Positions 20,309 to 30,570 of a stretch of 64,000 nt of DNA are shown one piece after another. The notes beneath the pieces are model-generated. The model ran no database searches, had not been told where the DNA came from, and worked only from the letters and a program-made list of their open reading frames with translations. How positions within the stretch are numbered: position 1 is the first letter of the stretch; the number at the start of each line of letters is the position of its first letter. Made by a program: the position numbers and the translations under genes. The DNA is from Mycoplasmatota bacterium (GTDB lineage Bacteria > Bacillota_I > Bacilli_A > MAG-NZ): positions 434,001 to 498,000 of the forward strand of contig CP074575.1 in assembly GCA_018394315.1 (NCBI GenBank), read 5' to 3'.

Positions 20309-21085
20309 CTATAAATCTAAATATCTACTTAAGTATAGTTGAAGTGTCTCCTTGCTAACATTTCTTTCAATATAACTGTCAACAGTAATTGAAACTCGAC
20401 CCGTTTCTTCAGAAACTACAATAGTTAAACAATCATACAATTCACTAATTCCTAGAGCAGCTCGGTGTCTAGAACCGATAGTTTTTGTAATCTTATCACT
20501 ATCACTTGTAGGATAATATGCTCCCGCGCATGCTATTTTACTGTTCTTAATAATTACTGCTCCGTCATGAGTTGGTGACTTTGGATTAAATATAGATTGG
20601 ATTAATTCTTGCGATATATCAGCATTCATTCCAATAGCCTTTGATATAAAATCATCTAGATTTTGTGTTCTTTCAAAAGTAATTAAGGCTCCTGTTCTCT
20701 CATTTGATAATATTTCTATACTAGACATGATAATTTTTATCATCTGACTGTCTACAGCTTCCTCGTCACCTCTAGATACCCTTATCTCAAAATTCTCTAC
20801 AACTAATCTTATTTCATTAAAGAATAATATCAGAATGAAGATTGGCCAGTAACCCAAAATATCATCTAAAATAACATTAGTTATAGGTAATCCAATTGTA
20901 GATATTATAATGTAAATTACAGCTACTACCAAAACTAAAAAGAACTTACGTTTTGCTTTGTTATTATATCTGGCAACAGAGAATAAAAACATTGCTATCA
21001 ATCCTAAGAATATAATATCAATAATAATTATGAAGATACTATGCTCTATTATATAATTTTTGAATGAATCTAATAGTTCTTTCAT
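20309..21085 (-). CDS. cdaA: Diadenylate cyclase, CdaA type
   Basis: Three N-terminal TM segments; GALI, HDGA and RHRAA motifs; VSEETG. Confidence 0.88.
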   Translation of the reverse strand: MKELLDSFKNYIIEHSIFIIIIDIIFLGLIAMFLFSVARYNNKAKRKFFLVLVVAVIYIIISTIGLPITNVILDDILGYWPIFILILFFNEIRLVVENFEIRVSRGDEEAVDSQMIKIIMSSIEILSNERTGALITFERTQNLDDFISKAIGMNADISQELIQSIFNPKSPTHDGAVIIKNSKIACAGAYYPTSDSDKITKTIGSRHRAALGISELYDCLTIVVSEETGRVSITVDSYIERNVSKETLQLYLSRYLDL

Positions 21086-21099
21086 AATAATCAGTCTTC

Positions 21100-21711
21100 C
21101 TAATTGTATTTTTCAATTAATTTTTTGAATCTAACATCTGAGGAATTTGATGCAATATCATAGCTACTATTGTTCTCATAATCTTCAATAAAAATGTCTG
21201 CACCTAATTCTAATAGTCTCTTTGACATTTCATAGTTTCCTTCTTCCATAGCATAATGTAATGCTGTCATTCCTCTTTCATCTGCTAATTCAATGTTTGC
21301 ACCACTATCGAATAATAAATTTACCATATCCATTCTATTATAAATCGCCGCATAATGAATAGGAGATTGCTCGTGTTCGCCTCCAGCATTTATATTTGCA
21401 CCTAATTCTAATAATTTCTTTACAGCGATTAGTTTATTTCTCATAACTCCATAATGAAGTGGAGTATCTCCTAGATTACCAGAAATTTCAGGATTAACAC
21501 CTGCATTAATAAACAATTCTACTAGTTCTGGGTTATCATACCTTACTACTAAGTGAAGTAAAGTAAAATCACGATACTCCTGGGTATTAATATCAATTGA
21601 AGGAACTGATAATAATCTATCTAATTCATGTTTAATTTTACCAATATCATCCCTATGCTTTCTTACAATCCTAAAATAATTTCGAACTCTAGTTTTATTA
21701 CCTTTAGTCAT
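21100..21711 (-). CDS. Ankyrin repeat protein
   Basis: About four repeats: TLLHLVV, GDTPLHY, QSPIHYAA, GMTALHYA. Confidence 0.9.
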   Translation of the reverse strand: MTKGNKTRVRNYFRIVRKHRDDIGKIKHELDRLLSVPSIDINTQEYRDFTLLHLVVRYDNPELVELFINAGVNPEISGNLGDTPLHYGVMRNKLIAVKKLLELGANINAGGEHEQSPIHYAAIYNRMDMVNLLFDSGANIELADERGMTALHYAMEEGNYEMSKRLLELGADIFIEDYENNSSYDIASNSSDVRFKKLIEKYN

Positions 21712-24700
21712 TTTCTATCACTTCTCTCATTTTTTTTATCACATTATCCCAATCGAAATACAAATCATCAATTGATATTATAATCTTCTTAACGTTTTGA
21801 TACTCATAGTCACTAATCATATGACTCTCCTCAAGTATATCATTGTATTTCTGTTGATTAAAAGTAATTTTAACAAATATGAAATTTTTTCCATCTTTGC
21901 TGACTATTAAATCGAATGGGTAAACCCCTTTTCTGTAAATATAATTTTCTCCTAACGAACTCATAATTTTATGTAAAACTGGATTATTTACTTCTTTGTA
22001 TAAATCAATCTTTCTAGTTTGTAAATTCTTAGTAATTCTATTATATCTTTCATCATTAAGTATATTATATTTATCAATAATAACTATTTTACGACTGTTT
22101 CTTAAAGCAGTGTTAATCGATTCTATTACATTATGTTTTGTGTCTTTATCAATTACTAAATAAGTAATTTCACTACTAGATATATAGTTATTACTAAGTA
22201 AAATGTTAACATTTCCAATTATCTTATAAAAAATCTCATTTAGATTATTATCTTTTAATAATCTATCAACTAAATTATTAAACAATCTTCTTCTACTCGA
22301 CTCATCAAAACATAGTATATTTATTCTTAAATCAGAGTCTGTTTTTAATTGATTAATCACATCATCCATGACATCGAACTTGTTATAGAGTAACACATCC
22401 TGGTTAACTACTATACCCGTACTTCCTTCTTCTAATAAATACAGACTTAATCTATAATTATTTACTAATTCATACTTAGGAAAACCAGAAAACAAGTCAT
22501 ACAAACTATTCTTCATTGATACACTTTGATTATCACCAATAATTACAACCTGTTTCCCTATATGACTAATTTTATGATAATAATTTCTATGAATCATTTC
22601 TGCTCCATCTACCATAACTAAATCATAATTCATTCTTCTAATTCCGTCTAGTCCCGAAATATTAGATAATGTTGCTTTAGCTTTATGCTTAAAGTTATTT
22701 TGAGTCCTAGTCTTAGGCTGTAGTTGAGATATCCTGTGTATATTATTTACAAATCTTTGATTTATGATTGTATTAAAATTCAACATCAAGAATATAAAGT
22801 CATCATTATTTTCATTCGAGTAGTATTCATCTAACAGCTTACTATAAAATGCATATAAAAAACTATTAACTATATTTCCTCTTAATCCATTGTTAATGTC
22901 TGAAGCTAATCTTAATTGACCATACATTCTGATAACTTGATTTAATTCTAAATATTTCATCCATAAGTTCAAATCTCCTTGATTAACATATTGAATAAAA
23001 TAACTAATATAATCATCAATATCATCAAATAGAACCTCAGAGAAAAAATATCTCTTGACATCATATAATTTAAGTTCAATGTTTTTAAATATATAATCAA
23101 TTTTAGTTACCTTCTCAAGTAGACCATTAAATCCTTTATTAAAATAACAAGCGCTTAATTTCTTATGTTTATCAAATCTATTTAATAATTTCTCAAAGTT
23201 CTTGATAGCGATCCTAATAGATTTAAATATTGTCTTTTCACCCTTATAGTAATCTCCATAGATATACTCATATATTTCTTTATTTAGGTTTAATTCTAAC
23301 TTGTTTTTATTATAATTATTGACTCTACTATTAATCGTTCTAAAATTATCAACTGTTAACTTAGATGGAGTATGAATGAATAGTTTCTTTATTTCTTTAT
23401 CGTGCTTAAAGATAAGATCTAGTTCAGAGAAAAACTCAATAAAATTACTCTTAGTAACAGATATATCATCATCAACACATCTTAAATAAAAAGTACCCTC
23501 AATTACTTTGTTAAACTCATATAAATCATATTGAAGTTGAAAGCTTAATGTATTTACTTCACTAAGATTTAAATTATCAACATTACTTATTAGTTCTTTT
23601 AAACCTGATTTATTTTTAAATAAATTATCAAAATCGAATACTTCTTCAATCGACTCAATTACTTCCTCAATATCCTTTAAATCAACTTCACCAATAAGAG
23701 ATCTTACATCATTATCTATTGTAGTAATTCTATCTCTTTTTTTATGTAACCAAATTAATTTCTTAATAACATTTATTTTGTTATTTCTATTTAATAAGAA
23801 AAAAGAACTATTTGTATACTTTTCTAGAAGAATCACTGAGTTAGTTAGTTCTACTTTATTTGCTACCCTTTTTCGACTTAATTGATCTAGATAATTTTGT
23901 ATTACACTTAAATCGGCATGAAAAACATTATCTTTAAAGTAGTCAGACACTTGATCAAATATATCAAAGTAATCTCTTGCTTCATTAACATGCTCATTTA
24001 AAATCTCAACTATTTCAATCTGATTATCCTTCGTTTTACCAATCCAATCTATTAGAAAGTATTCTTGGTTTAGTAATGCAGTAAACCTTTCAACAAATTC
24101 AAATAAGTCCTCGTCTAATTTCATTTTGAACAATGACTCAAACCTTTTCTTATAAATTTGGAAACGATCTAATATATCTAAAATTAATTGTTTATCACTA
24201 CTAATTTTGTCTTTGTTAGATAGTATTTGATTAATCTCACTAATCTCTGGTGTATCAAATTGCTTAAATAAATCACTATAAGCTTTTTGAGTGTCATAAT
24301 TAATGATCTCAGGTTTATAATTCTGATTGATTGTAGTGAATAAACTTTGCGTTCTCCCGGCTAAACTGTTAACCATGTTAACATGTTTCCTTGCTTCTAA
24401 ATAGTTGTCAAGAGATTCAAACCATGATATCGGATATTGTTTCACATCAATAAAATCTACACTGGATAGTGACTCTTTTAAGTCAACAAATAATGTTGAC
24501 AAAGTAAAACCAGTCTCGGTTTCTAGATTTATAATTAAGGATTTCAGTTCTAATAATTCATTGATAATTTCATTGATTGTCGTTGTCAAAGATTGTTCAT
24601 CATTTGTAGTTTCCTTTACATCAATGTCATTCCAATGGGACTCAGAGAGATTTTCTATACTCATTTCCTTTAATGTATCTTCTAGCTTTTCAAGAGTATT

Positions 24701-25783
24701 CTTGATAATTAGAATATCTTTGAAATCTAATTCATCAAAGGATTCTACTATGATATTTTTCTTTTCTTTATCTTTAAGTTTGATTAATTCGGTAAATACT
24801 GTAGCTAAATTAAATCCTTTATATTTTCTAATAAACTTTTCCTGGTAACTCTGTAAACTATCAATTGTTTTCCTTATTAAAGATTCGTTAAAATCATTTG
24901 CCTCTAAATTAAATTCAACCTCTGAGTTTTCAACTCGAGTATCATAAATGTAATTAGTTAAGCAAACATCATTTAATGTCTTCTTAAGCGAACGATAATT
25001 CTTATCAGAGACATACAAAACTCTTTTATTATTAGCAATGTACTCAGCAATTAGATTCGTTATTAGTGCAATTTTCCTAGTTCCTTGTTTAGCAGTTATT
25101 ACTGTATTATTGCCCTTAATAATATTATTGAATACAGCCTTCAACTCAAAATCAATTGGTACTACATTAAAGTTATTTAAGTCAACTTGCTCGTCGAATT
25201 TAGAAGCATTCACTTTTTTTGTATTTCTAAATTTTAGATCCTTAAATTTGATCTTAAAGTGAGTCAAATACATTTCATAAATAATACGTCCATTAGCTTC
25301 CAATATTTTATTAGCAATTTCTGGATTATCTATTTCTTGAATTTGCTTAGAATTTAACTCTAAATTAATTTCTTCATCTAAATAATTATTTACTATTGGA
25401 TTAATAAAAACATTACCATCTTTAACAATTGTTTTCCCATTATTAAAGATTCTTACTGGTATCAAGATATAAGGTATTTTAATCTTTTTAAGTTTCCAAC
25501 TGATACTTTGAAAAACCAAGAATGCTCTTGAGTAAGGGTCATTTTCGACAACAGTATTAATTAAACTAACTTTCGATAAAATGTACCTGTCAGGGTAATT
25601 AAAATTTCGCGACAAAAACTGTATTTTTTCTTTGAGTAAGAACTTATCTAAGTTCGTTTCTTTATTTTTAAGTATTTGTGACAAATCACGAATTGTAAAA
25701 GAGTCCAACAAAAAACAATCAAAATTGTCCTTGCTAAAATTATTTACCCTCTCATCACTGATATCTAGTATAAATTCGTTCAT
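21704..25783 (-). CDS. Large DUF4011/SF1-helicase/REase-like protein with degenerate catalytic motifs
   Basis: DUF4011-like N-terminus; AKQGTRK in the Walker A slot followed by ITNLIA...KRVLYVSDK; YDLVMVDGAE; VIIGD; C-terminal PFDLIV; probable start 25783 after AGGTGAG. Confidence 0.65.
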   Translation of the reverse strand: MNEFILDISDERVNNFSKDNFDCFLLDSFTIRDLSQILKNKETNLDKFLLKEKIQFLSRNFNYPDRYILSKVSLINTVVENDPYSRAFLVFQSISWKLKKIKIPYILIPVRIFNNGKTIVKDGNVFINPIVNNYLDEEINLELNSKQIQEIDNPEIANKILEANGRIIYEMYLTHFKIKFKDLKFRNTKKVNASKFDEQVDLNNFNVVPIDFELKAVFNNIIKGNNTVITAKQGTRKIALITNLIAEYIANNKRVLYVSDKNYRSLKKTLNDVCLTNYIYDTRVENSEVEFNLEANDFNESLIRKTIDSLQSYQEKFIRKYKGFNLATVFTELIKLKDKEKKNIIVESFDELDFKDILIIKNTLEKLEDTLKEMSIENLSESHWNDIDVKETTNDEQSLTTTINEIINELLELKSLIINLETETGFTLSTLFVDLKESLSSVDFIDVKQYPISWFESLDNYLEARKHVNMVNSLAGRTQSLFTTINQNYKPEIINYDTQKAYSDLFKQFDTPEISEINQILSNKDKISSDKQLILDILDRFQIYKKRFESLFKMKLDEDLFEFVERFTALLNQEYFLIDWIGKTKDNQIEIVEILNEHVNEARDYFDIFDQVSDYFKDNVFHADLSVIQNYLDQLSRKRVANKVELTNSVILLEKYTNSSFFLLNRNNKINVIKKLIWLHKKRDRITTIDNDVRSLIGEVDLKDIEEVIESIEEVFDFDNLFKNKSGLKELISNVDNLNLSEVNTLSFQLQYDLYEFNKVIEGTFYLRCVDDDISVTKSNFIEFFSELDLIFKHDKEIKKLFIHTPSKLTVDNFRTINSRVNNYNKNKLELNLNKEIYEYIYGDYYKGEKTIFKSIRIAIKNFEKLLNRFDKHKKLSACYFNKGFNGLLEKVTKIDYIFKNIELKLYDVKRYFFSEVLFDDIDDYISYFIQYVNQGDLNLWMKYLELNQVIRMYGQLRLASDINNGLRGNIVNSFLYAFYSKLLDEYYSNENNDDFIFLMLNFNTIINQRFVNNIHRISQLQPKTRTQNNFKHKAKATLSNISGLDGIRRMNYDLVMVDGAEMIHRNYYHKISHIGKQVVIIGDNQSVSMKNSLYDLFSGFPKYELVNNYRLSLYLLEEGSTGIVVNQDVLLYNKFDVMDDVINQLKTDSDLRINILCFDESSRRRLFNNLVDRLLKDNNLNEIFYKIIGNVNILLSNNYISSSEITYLVIDKDTKHNVIESINTALRNSRKIVIIDKYNILNDERYNRITKNLQTRKIDLYKEVNNPVLHKIMSSLGENYIYRKGVYPFDLIVSKDGKNFIFVKITFNQQKYNDILEESHMISDYEYQNVKKIIISIDDLYFDWDNVIKKMREVIEND

Positions 25784-25867
25784 TGTCTCACCTACCTTAA
25801 AATCCATTATAATTATATTTTATTATACTTTAATAATTGGAAAAATACTATGAAAAAAGCCGAATCT

Positions 25868-27793
25868 CTATTCGACTTTTACAATTTCATGCTTTCTAGT
25901 TTTTTTGGAATAATTTACTTCATAATTTCCTTTAGGATAGCTGCTTAATAAGTCAAAAACTATTTCACTAGTATCTTCAAAATAGTCGTTCACTTTAACG
26001 TTATACCCAACATGTTTTAACCTACTCAAGTTCGTTGATTTTCTAAAATCACTCTTTAACCTTAAGTCATATAAACTATCCTCTTCATCACCTTCAACAA
26101 ATCCTAATTTGACTTCTTTAGTTGTATCAAGACAAACGAATATCACACTATTTAGAGAAATTTTATTTCCAAAATTATCTGATATACTCTCGTTTTTTAG
26201 CATCTCATGAATAAATGTTTGGATACTATAATGAGAAAATTTTATATTGGATAATAACACTACGCTAATAGGATACCTTTTTAAGTGTTCAGTTAGAACG
26301 CCACCCTTATCAAATCCTACATATCCAGGTGGGGAACCAATTAATCTACTTATTGATGAATATTCTTTAAACCCCTTTAGATCGAGTTTCAAAATCATTT
26401 CTTCACTTATGTTAAGTAAGTCACCTATGTCTTCTAGTAAGTAACTTGCATCCCCATTTAACATAACACTCATTATGTTTTTCCGATTTGATCCAACTAA
26501 GTAATTAACAATGTATTTTTTTATTTCAGGATAATTTATTTTTTTCTTAAATATTTCCTCTATATTCAGTCCGAAGACACCTGTAATATTTCTTATCGCT
26601 TCTTCGACATCTTCCTTTAAAATATTCTCATGACCATTAAATCTTGCTACTGTAAAACTCTCATCCAAAACATCAATTGCTTTATCAGGAAAGTTCTTCG
26701 ATGACATCTTTCCGCAAGCTTCATCTAATATTAAATCTAGTATTTCATTAGATACGTTTACATTATGAAAATCTTGATAATGACGTTTAATTCCTGTAAT
26801 GATATTTCTTGTTTCTTCTTTATCTGGTTCTTCAACAAATATTACTTGAAACCTTCTAGTCAGTGCCTTATCCTTAGTGATATGTTTATTATATTCATCA
26901 AGTGTGGTGGCTCCAATTATTTTAAAATCGCTCCTGGCTAAATAAGGCTTTAAAATATTAGCAGCATCTAGAGTCCCCTCACTATTTCCTGTTCCAACAA
27001 TATTGTGTATTTCATCTATAAACAAGATGTTGTTTTCCCCTTTGATTTCGTCTAACACTTTTACAATTCTTTCTTCAAAATCTCCTCTATATCTACTCCC
27101 AGCGATTAAATCACTCATCCTTAAAGTATATATTGTCAGATGATGATATCTTTTATACTTATTAAACTTACTTGCTAATCCTTCAACAATAGCTGTTTTT
27201 CCAACACCTGCGTTTCCAACTAGTAAAGGATTAGGTTTTGTTTTTCTTGATAACACTTTTTCTAATCTATCAAGATACGTCTCTCTACCTATGAAGGGTG
27301 CAAGTTTGTCTTCTCTCGCAAGTAATGATAAATTAGTTAAATATTTGCTTTCTAGTATAGGTTTTGTAAAGTCAAATACTTCTTTTACATCTTCAATTAG
27401 GTCTTCCGTGTTTAACCCTAATGCTTCTAATATATAACAAGAAACGTTGTTTTTATGCCTTAGTAGTGCCAAAAATATATGTTCTTCGTTAACTAATTCT
27501 GATCTGTTTTCATCTATAATTTGTAAAGACGCATGTAAAACTTCTTTATAAGCAGGTGTGTAAACGTAAAATTCTTTAATCTCTTTTCTGATAATATGTA
27601 ATTTAGCAATTTCTTCTTCAATTTGTTCCAAACTAACATCATATTCTGTTAACAAAAATCTACATATTGAATCTTTCATGCTGAACATCGCAAGTAACAA
27701 GTTTTCCGTACCAATTATCTTATTCGAAAATAGATATTTTTTCCTTGATTCATAAATCAAATTTTTGGCTTGGTTACTGAATTTTTCGAACAT
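25868..27793 (-). CDS. ClpC-like AAA+ ATPase with intact D1 and degenerate D2
   Basis: Clp N-domain; GNAGVGKT, YRGDFEER, FIDEIH, IGATT, FPDKAID; D2 keeps RLIGSPPGYVG but has no Walker A/B. Confidence 0.85.
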   Translation of the reverse strand: MFEKFSNQAKNLIYESRKKYLFSNKIIGTENLLLAMFSMKDSICRFLLTEYDVSLEQIEEEIAKLHIIRKEIKEFYVYTPAYKEVLHASLQIIDENRSELVNEEHIFLALLRHKNNVSCYILEALGLNTEDLIEDVKEVFDFTKPILESKYLTNLSLLAREDKLAPFIGRETYLDRLEKVLSRKTKPNPLLVGNAGVGKTAIVEGLASKFNKYKRYHHLTIYTLRMSDLIAGSRYRGDFEERIVKVLDEIKGENNILFIDEIHNIVGTGNSEGTLDAANILKPYLARSDFKIIGATTLDEYNKHITKDKALTRRFQVIFVEEPDKEETRNIITGIKRHYQDFHNVNVSNEILDLILDEACGKMSSKNFPDKAIDVLDESFTVARFNGHENILKEDVEEAIRNITGVFGLNIEEIFKKKINYPEIKKYIVNYLVGSNRKNIMSVMLNGDASYLLEDIGDLLNISEEMILKLDLKGFKEYSSISRLIGSPPGYVGFDKGGVLTEHLKRYPISVVLLSNIKFSHYSIQTFIHEMLKNESISDNFGNKISLNSVIFVCLDTTKEVKLGFVEGDEEDSLYDLRLKSDFRKSTNLSRLKHVGYNVKVNDYFEDTSEIVFDLLSSYPKGNYEVNYSKKTRKHEIVKVE

Positions 27794-27935
27794 CTTACCC
27801 CTCTCTTTCTACCTCAACCATATTTTGTTAATATATTCAAGTCTTTCTTTAAATAAAAATTTCTAATATAATGAAAACTAACCCTATAAAAATATATATT
27901 AATTTCTTAGGGTAATAATTCGTGCGAGGGGCGTA

Positions 27936-30455
27936 ATGATGTTTATCTACCCAAATAACCAAATCAAAAAATTAAATAAAGATATTAAAAACTATTTTCC
28001 TCATGTTTTTCCTGTTACAAAAGAAATGAATATGACTTTCGAAGGTGTGTCTCGTTTAGTAATGCTTGATAGGTACACACAAAAGGATATCAATCACCAA
28101 ACAATAGGTTCTGGTGACTTAGTAATTTGTATCATAAAGGAAGATCCTAAATTTCCATCTAGAGGGATTGGGTACGTAATTGAAGTCATTAATAATACTA
28201 TAAGAATACAACTAGAAGAGGAATATATTCCGCTTGCAGTTGATCAAAAAAACGGGATTATTACTAGAAAAATAACACAAGTAGATAAACCAATCGAACT
28301 ATACTTCGAGCAAATAGCAAAAAGAGTTGCTAATAACTTAGCAGAGGATGAATCGCAACTGATAGATAGCTTTTATGAAGAAATTAGTAGCCTTAACATA
28401 GTACCTGCAGGAAGAGTTCTATTTGGAGCAGGTTCAGATAGTGAGGTTACTTACTTCAATTGCTTTGTTATGCCATTCATCCACGATTCACGTGGTGGAA
28501 TAAGTAAACACCGTGAACACGTAATGGAAATTATGTCACGCGGTGGTGGTGTTGGAACAAACGGGTCCACACTACGACCTAAAAATGCACTTGCAAGAGG
28601 CGTAAATGGTAAGAGTAGCGGTTCTGTTAGTTGGTTGAATGATTTATCTAGTTTGACGAATTTGGTTGAACAAGGTGGATCTCGTCGTGGTGCACAAATG
28701 ATAATGCTTGCCAATTGGCATCCAGATATCATTGAATTTATAATTTCTAAAATGCAAAACCCTAAAATTTTACAGTTTTTAATTGATAATATAGACGATG
28801 AAGATGTAAAAACTCAAGCAAGAAATAAACTAAAGTTCATTCCATTAAAAGATTCAGAAAGAGATATGTATTCTACTATAATTGAATTAAGCAAACAAAA
28901 CCAAGAGTTTAGTAAAGAGATTCTAGATGAGGCAGAATTATTACTAGCTCAAGGTGGTAGATTTGAAGTACAAAACCCTGAATTTTTAACAGGAGCTAAT
29001 ATTTCGGTAGCTATCACTGAAGACTTTATGTATGCAGTTGAAAATGATCTTGATTATGACTTGAGATTCCCAGATGTTGATAACTATGATGAATATCAAA
29101 AATCTGAATATAATAGAATTTGGCAAGACTCTGGTGATGTAAGAGAATGGGAAAAACTTGGATTTCCTATAAAAACCTACAAAACTATTAAGGCTAAAGA
29201 TCTTTGGAACTTAATTAACATTTGTGCTACATACGCAGCAGAGCCGGGTATCTTCTTCTTAGATAACGCTAATAAAATGACTAACGCAACAGGTTATGGA
29301 CAAAAAGTAGTATGTACAAACCCATGTGGTGAACAACCTTTAGCTCCATATTCTGTTTGTAACTTAGCAGCAATCAACTTAGCAAACATGGTTAACAAAG
29401 AAGAAGGTGTAATAGATTACAAAAAACTTGAAAAGACTATTCGTACTTCAGTAAGATTACAGGATAATGTAATTGATAAAACTTCATACTTCTTAGAAGA
29501 GAACAAATTACAAGCTCAAGGAGAAAGAAGAGTAGGTATGGGGATAATGGGATTACATGACCTACTGATCTGGTGTGGAGTAAAATATGGGTCTAAGGAA
29601 AGTTTACAAATGATAGATGGATTATTTGAATTCATCTCAACAACAGCATATAGAGCTTCAATTGATCTAGCAAAAGAAAAAGGATCATTCCCATTCTTAG
29701 AAGAACTTGGTTCTAGAGAAAAATTAATTCAATCTGGATTTATTCAAAAATTACCTAAAGACATCCAAGAAGATATCTTAACTCACGGTATAAGAAACTC
29801 ACACTTACTAACAATAGCTCCAACAGGTTCTACAGGAACAATGGTTGGAGTATCTACAGGGTTAGAACCATATTTCGCATTTAAATATTACCGCAGTGGG
29901 CGACTTGGAAAACATATAGAAGTAGATGCTCCGATAGTCGAAGAATTTGGAAAAGTATATCCACAATTCTCGCATGGCAATTTACCAGATTACTTTGTGA
30001 GCGCTAATGATTTATCTGCAGAAGGACACGCAGATGTACAATGTGTGATACAAAGATGGGTGGACTCATCTATATCAAAAACTGTAAATGCCCCAAAAGG
30101 AACTACAGTTTCCGATGTAGAAAGACTATATTATAGACTATATAAAGGTGGAGCTAAAGGTGGGACTGTATATGTTGATGGAAGTAGAGATGCTCAAGTT
30201 CTATCACTTACTCCGTTAGATAATCCTAAACAAATTGATATGGTTGATGACTTCGGAGTTAAAGTTGATACTGTTAGAAAAGTTAAAGAAGATAAATCCC
30301 CAGTATCAAAACCCTTAAGACAAGACAGACAGGGCCGAGATATAGGTGCTGAAATTGGAGATATATGTCCAATTTGTAATGAAGGTACCATAATGGACAT
30401 TGGTGGATGTAATACTTGTAATAACTGCAATGCACAATTAAAATGTGGATTATAA
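27936..30455 (+). CDS. nrdJ: Adenosylcobalamin-dependent (class II) ribonucleotide reductase
   Basis: FNCFV, QGGSRRGA, TNPCGEQPL, IAPTG, SISKTVN, C-terminal Cys cluster; no beta subunit nearby. Confidence 0.92.
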   Translation: MMFIYPNNQIKKLNKDIKNYFPHVFPVTKEMNMTFEGVSRLVMLDRYTQKDINHQTIGSGDLVICIIKEDPKFPSRGIGYVIEVINNTIRIQLEEEYIPLAVDQKNGIITRKITQVDKPIELYFEQIAKRVANNLAEDESQLIDSFYEEISSLNIVPAGRVLFGAGSDSEVTYFNCFVMPFIHDSRGGISKHREHVMEIMSRGGGVGTNGSTLRPKNALARGVNGKSSGSVSWLNDLSSLTNLVEQGGSRRGAQMIMLANWHPDIIEFIISKMQNPKILQFLIDNIDDEDVKTQARNKLKFIPLKDSERDMYSTIIELSKQNQEFSKEILDEAELLLAQGGRFEVQNPEFLTGANISVAITEDFMYAVENDLDYDLRFPDVDNYDEYQKSEYNRIWQDSGDVREWEKLGFPIKTYKTIKAKDLWNLINICATYAAEPGIFFLDNANKMTNATGYGQKVVCTNPCGEQPLAPYSVCNLAAINLANMVNKEEGVIDYKKLEKTIRTSVRLQDNVIDKTSYFLEENKLQAQGERRVGMGIMGLHDLLIWCGVKYGSKESLQMIDGLFEFISTTAYRASIDLAKEKGSFPFLEELGSREKLIQSGFIQKLPKDIQEDILTHGIRNSHLLTIAPTGSTGTMVGVSTGLEPYFAFKYYRSGRLGKHIEVDAPIVEEFGKVYPQFSHGNLPDYFVSANDLSAEGHADVQCVIQRWVDSSISKTVNAPKGTTVSDVERLYYRLYKGGAKGGTVYVDGSRDAQVLSLTPLDNPKQIDMVDDFGVKVDTVRKVKEDKSPVSKPLRQDRQGRDIGAEIGDICPICNEGTIMDIGGCNTCNNCNAQLKCGL

Positions 30456-30457
30456 TG

Positions 30458-30485
30458 AAATACCTCTAATTATGAGGTATTTTTT
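30458..30485 (+). terminator. Intrinsic terminator after nrdJ
   Basis: AAATACCTC-TAATTAT-GAGGTATTT plus T-run. Confidence 0.7.
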
Positions 30486-30570
30486 AATATTAATTCTCTT
30501 AGATACCGTTTTATTTCATGTAAAGATTTATAAATCTAATATATATTGATATACTTACTTAGGTGATATT

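Noticed and set aside
27816..27831. NrdR-box-like sequence CAACCATATTTTGTTA upstream of nrdJ
   Set aside because: Several mismatches and no convincing second box
27936..30455. Intein or intron in nrdJ
   Set aside because: Continuous ORF of ordinary length with no intein splice motifs or homing endonuclease
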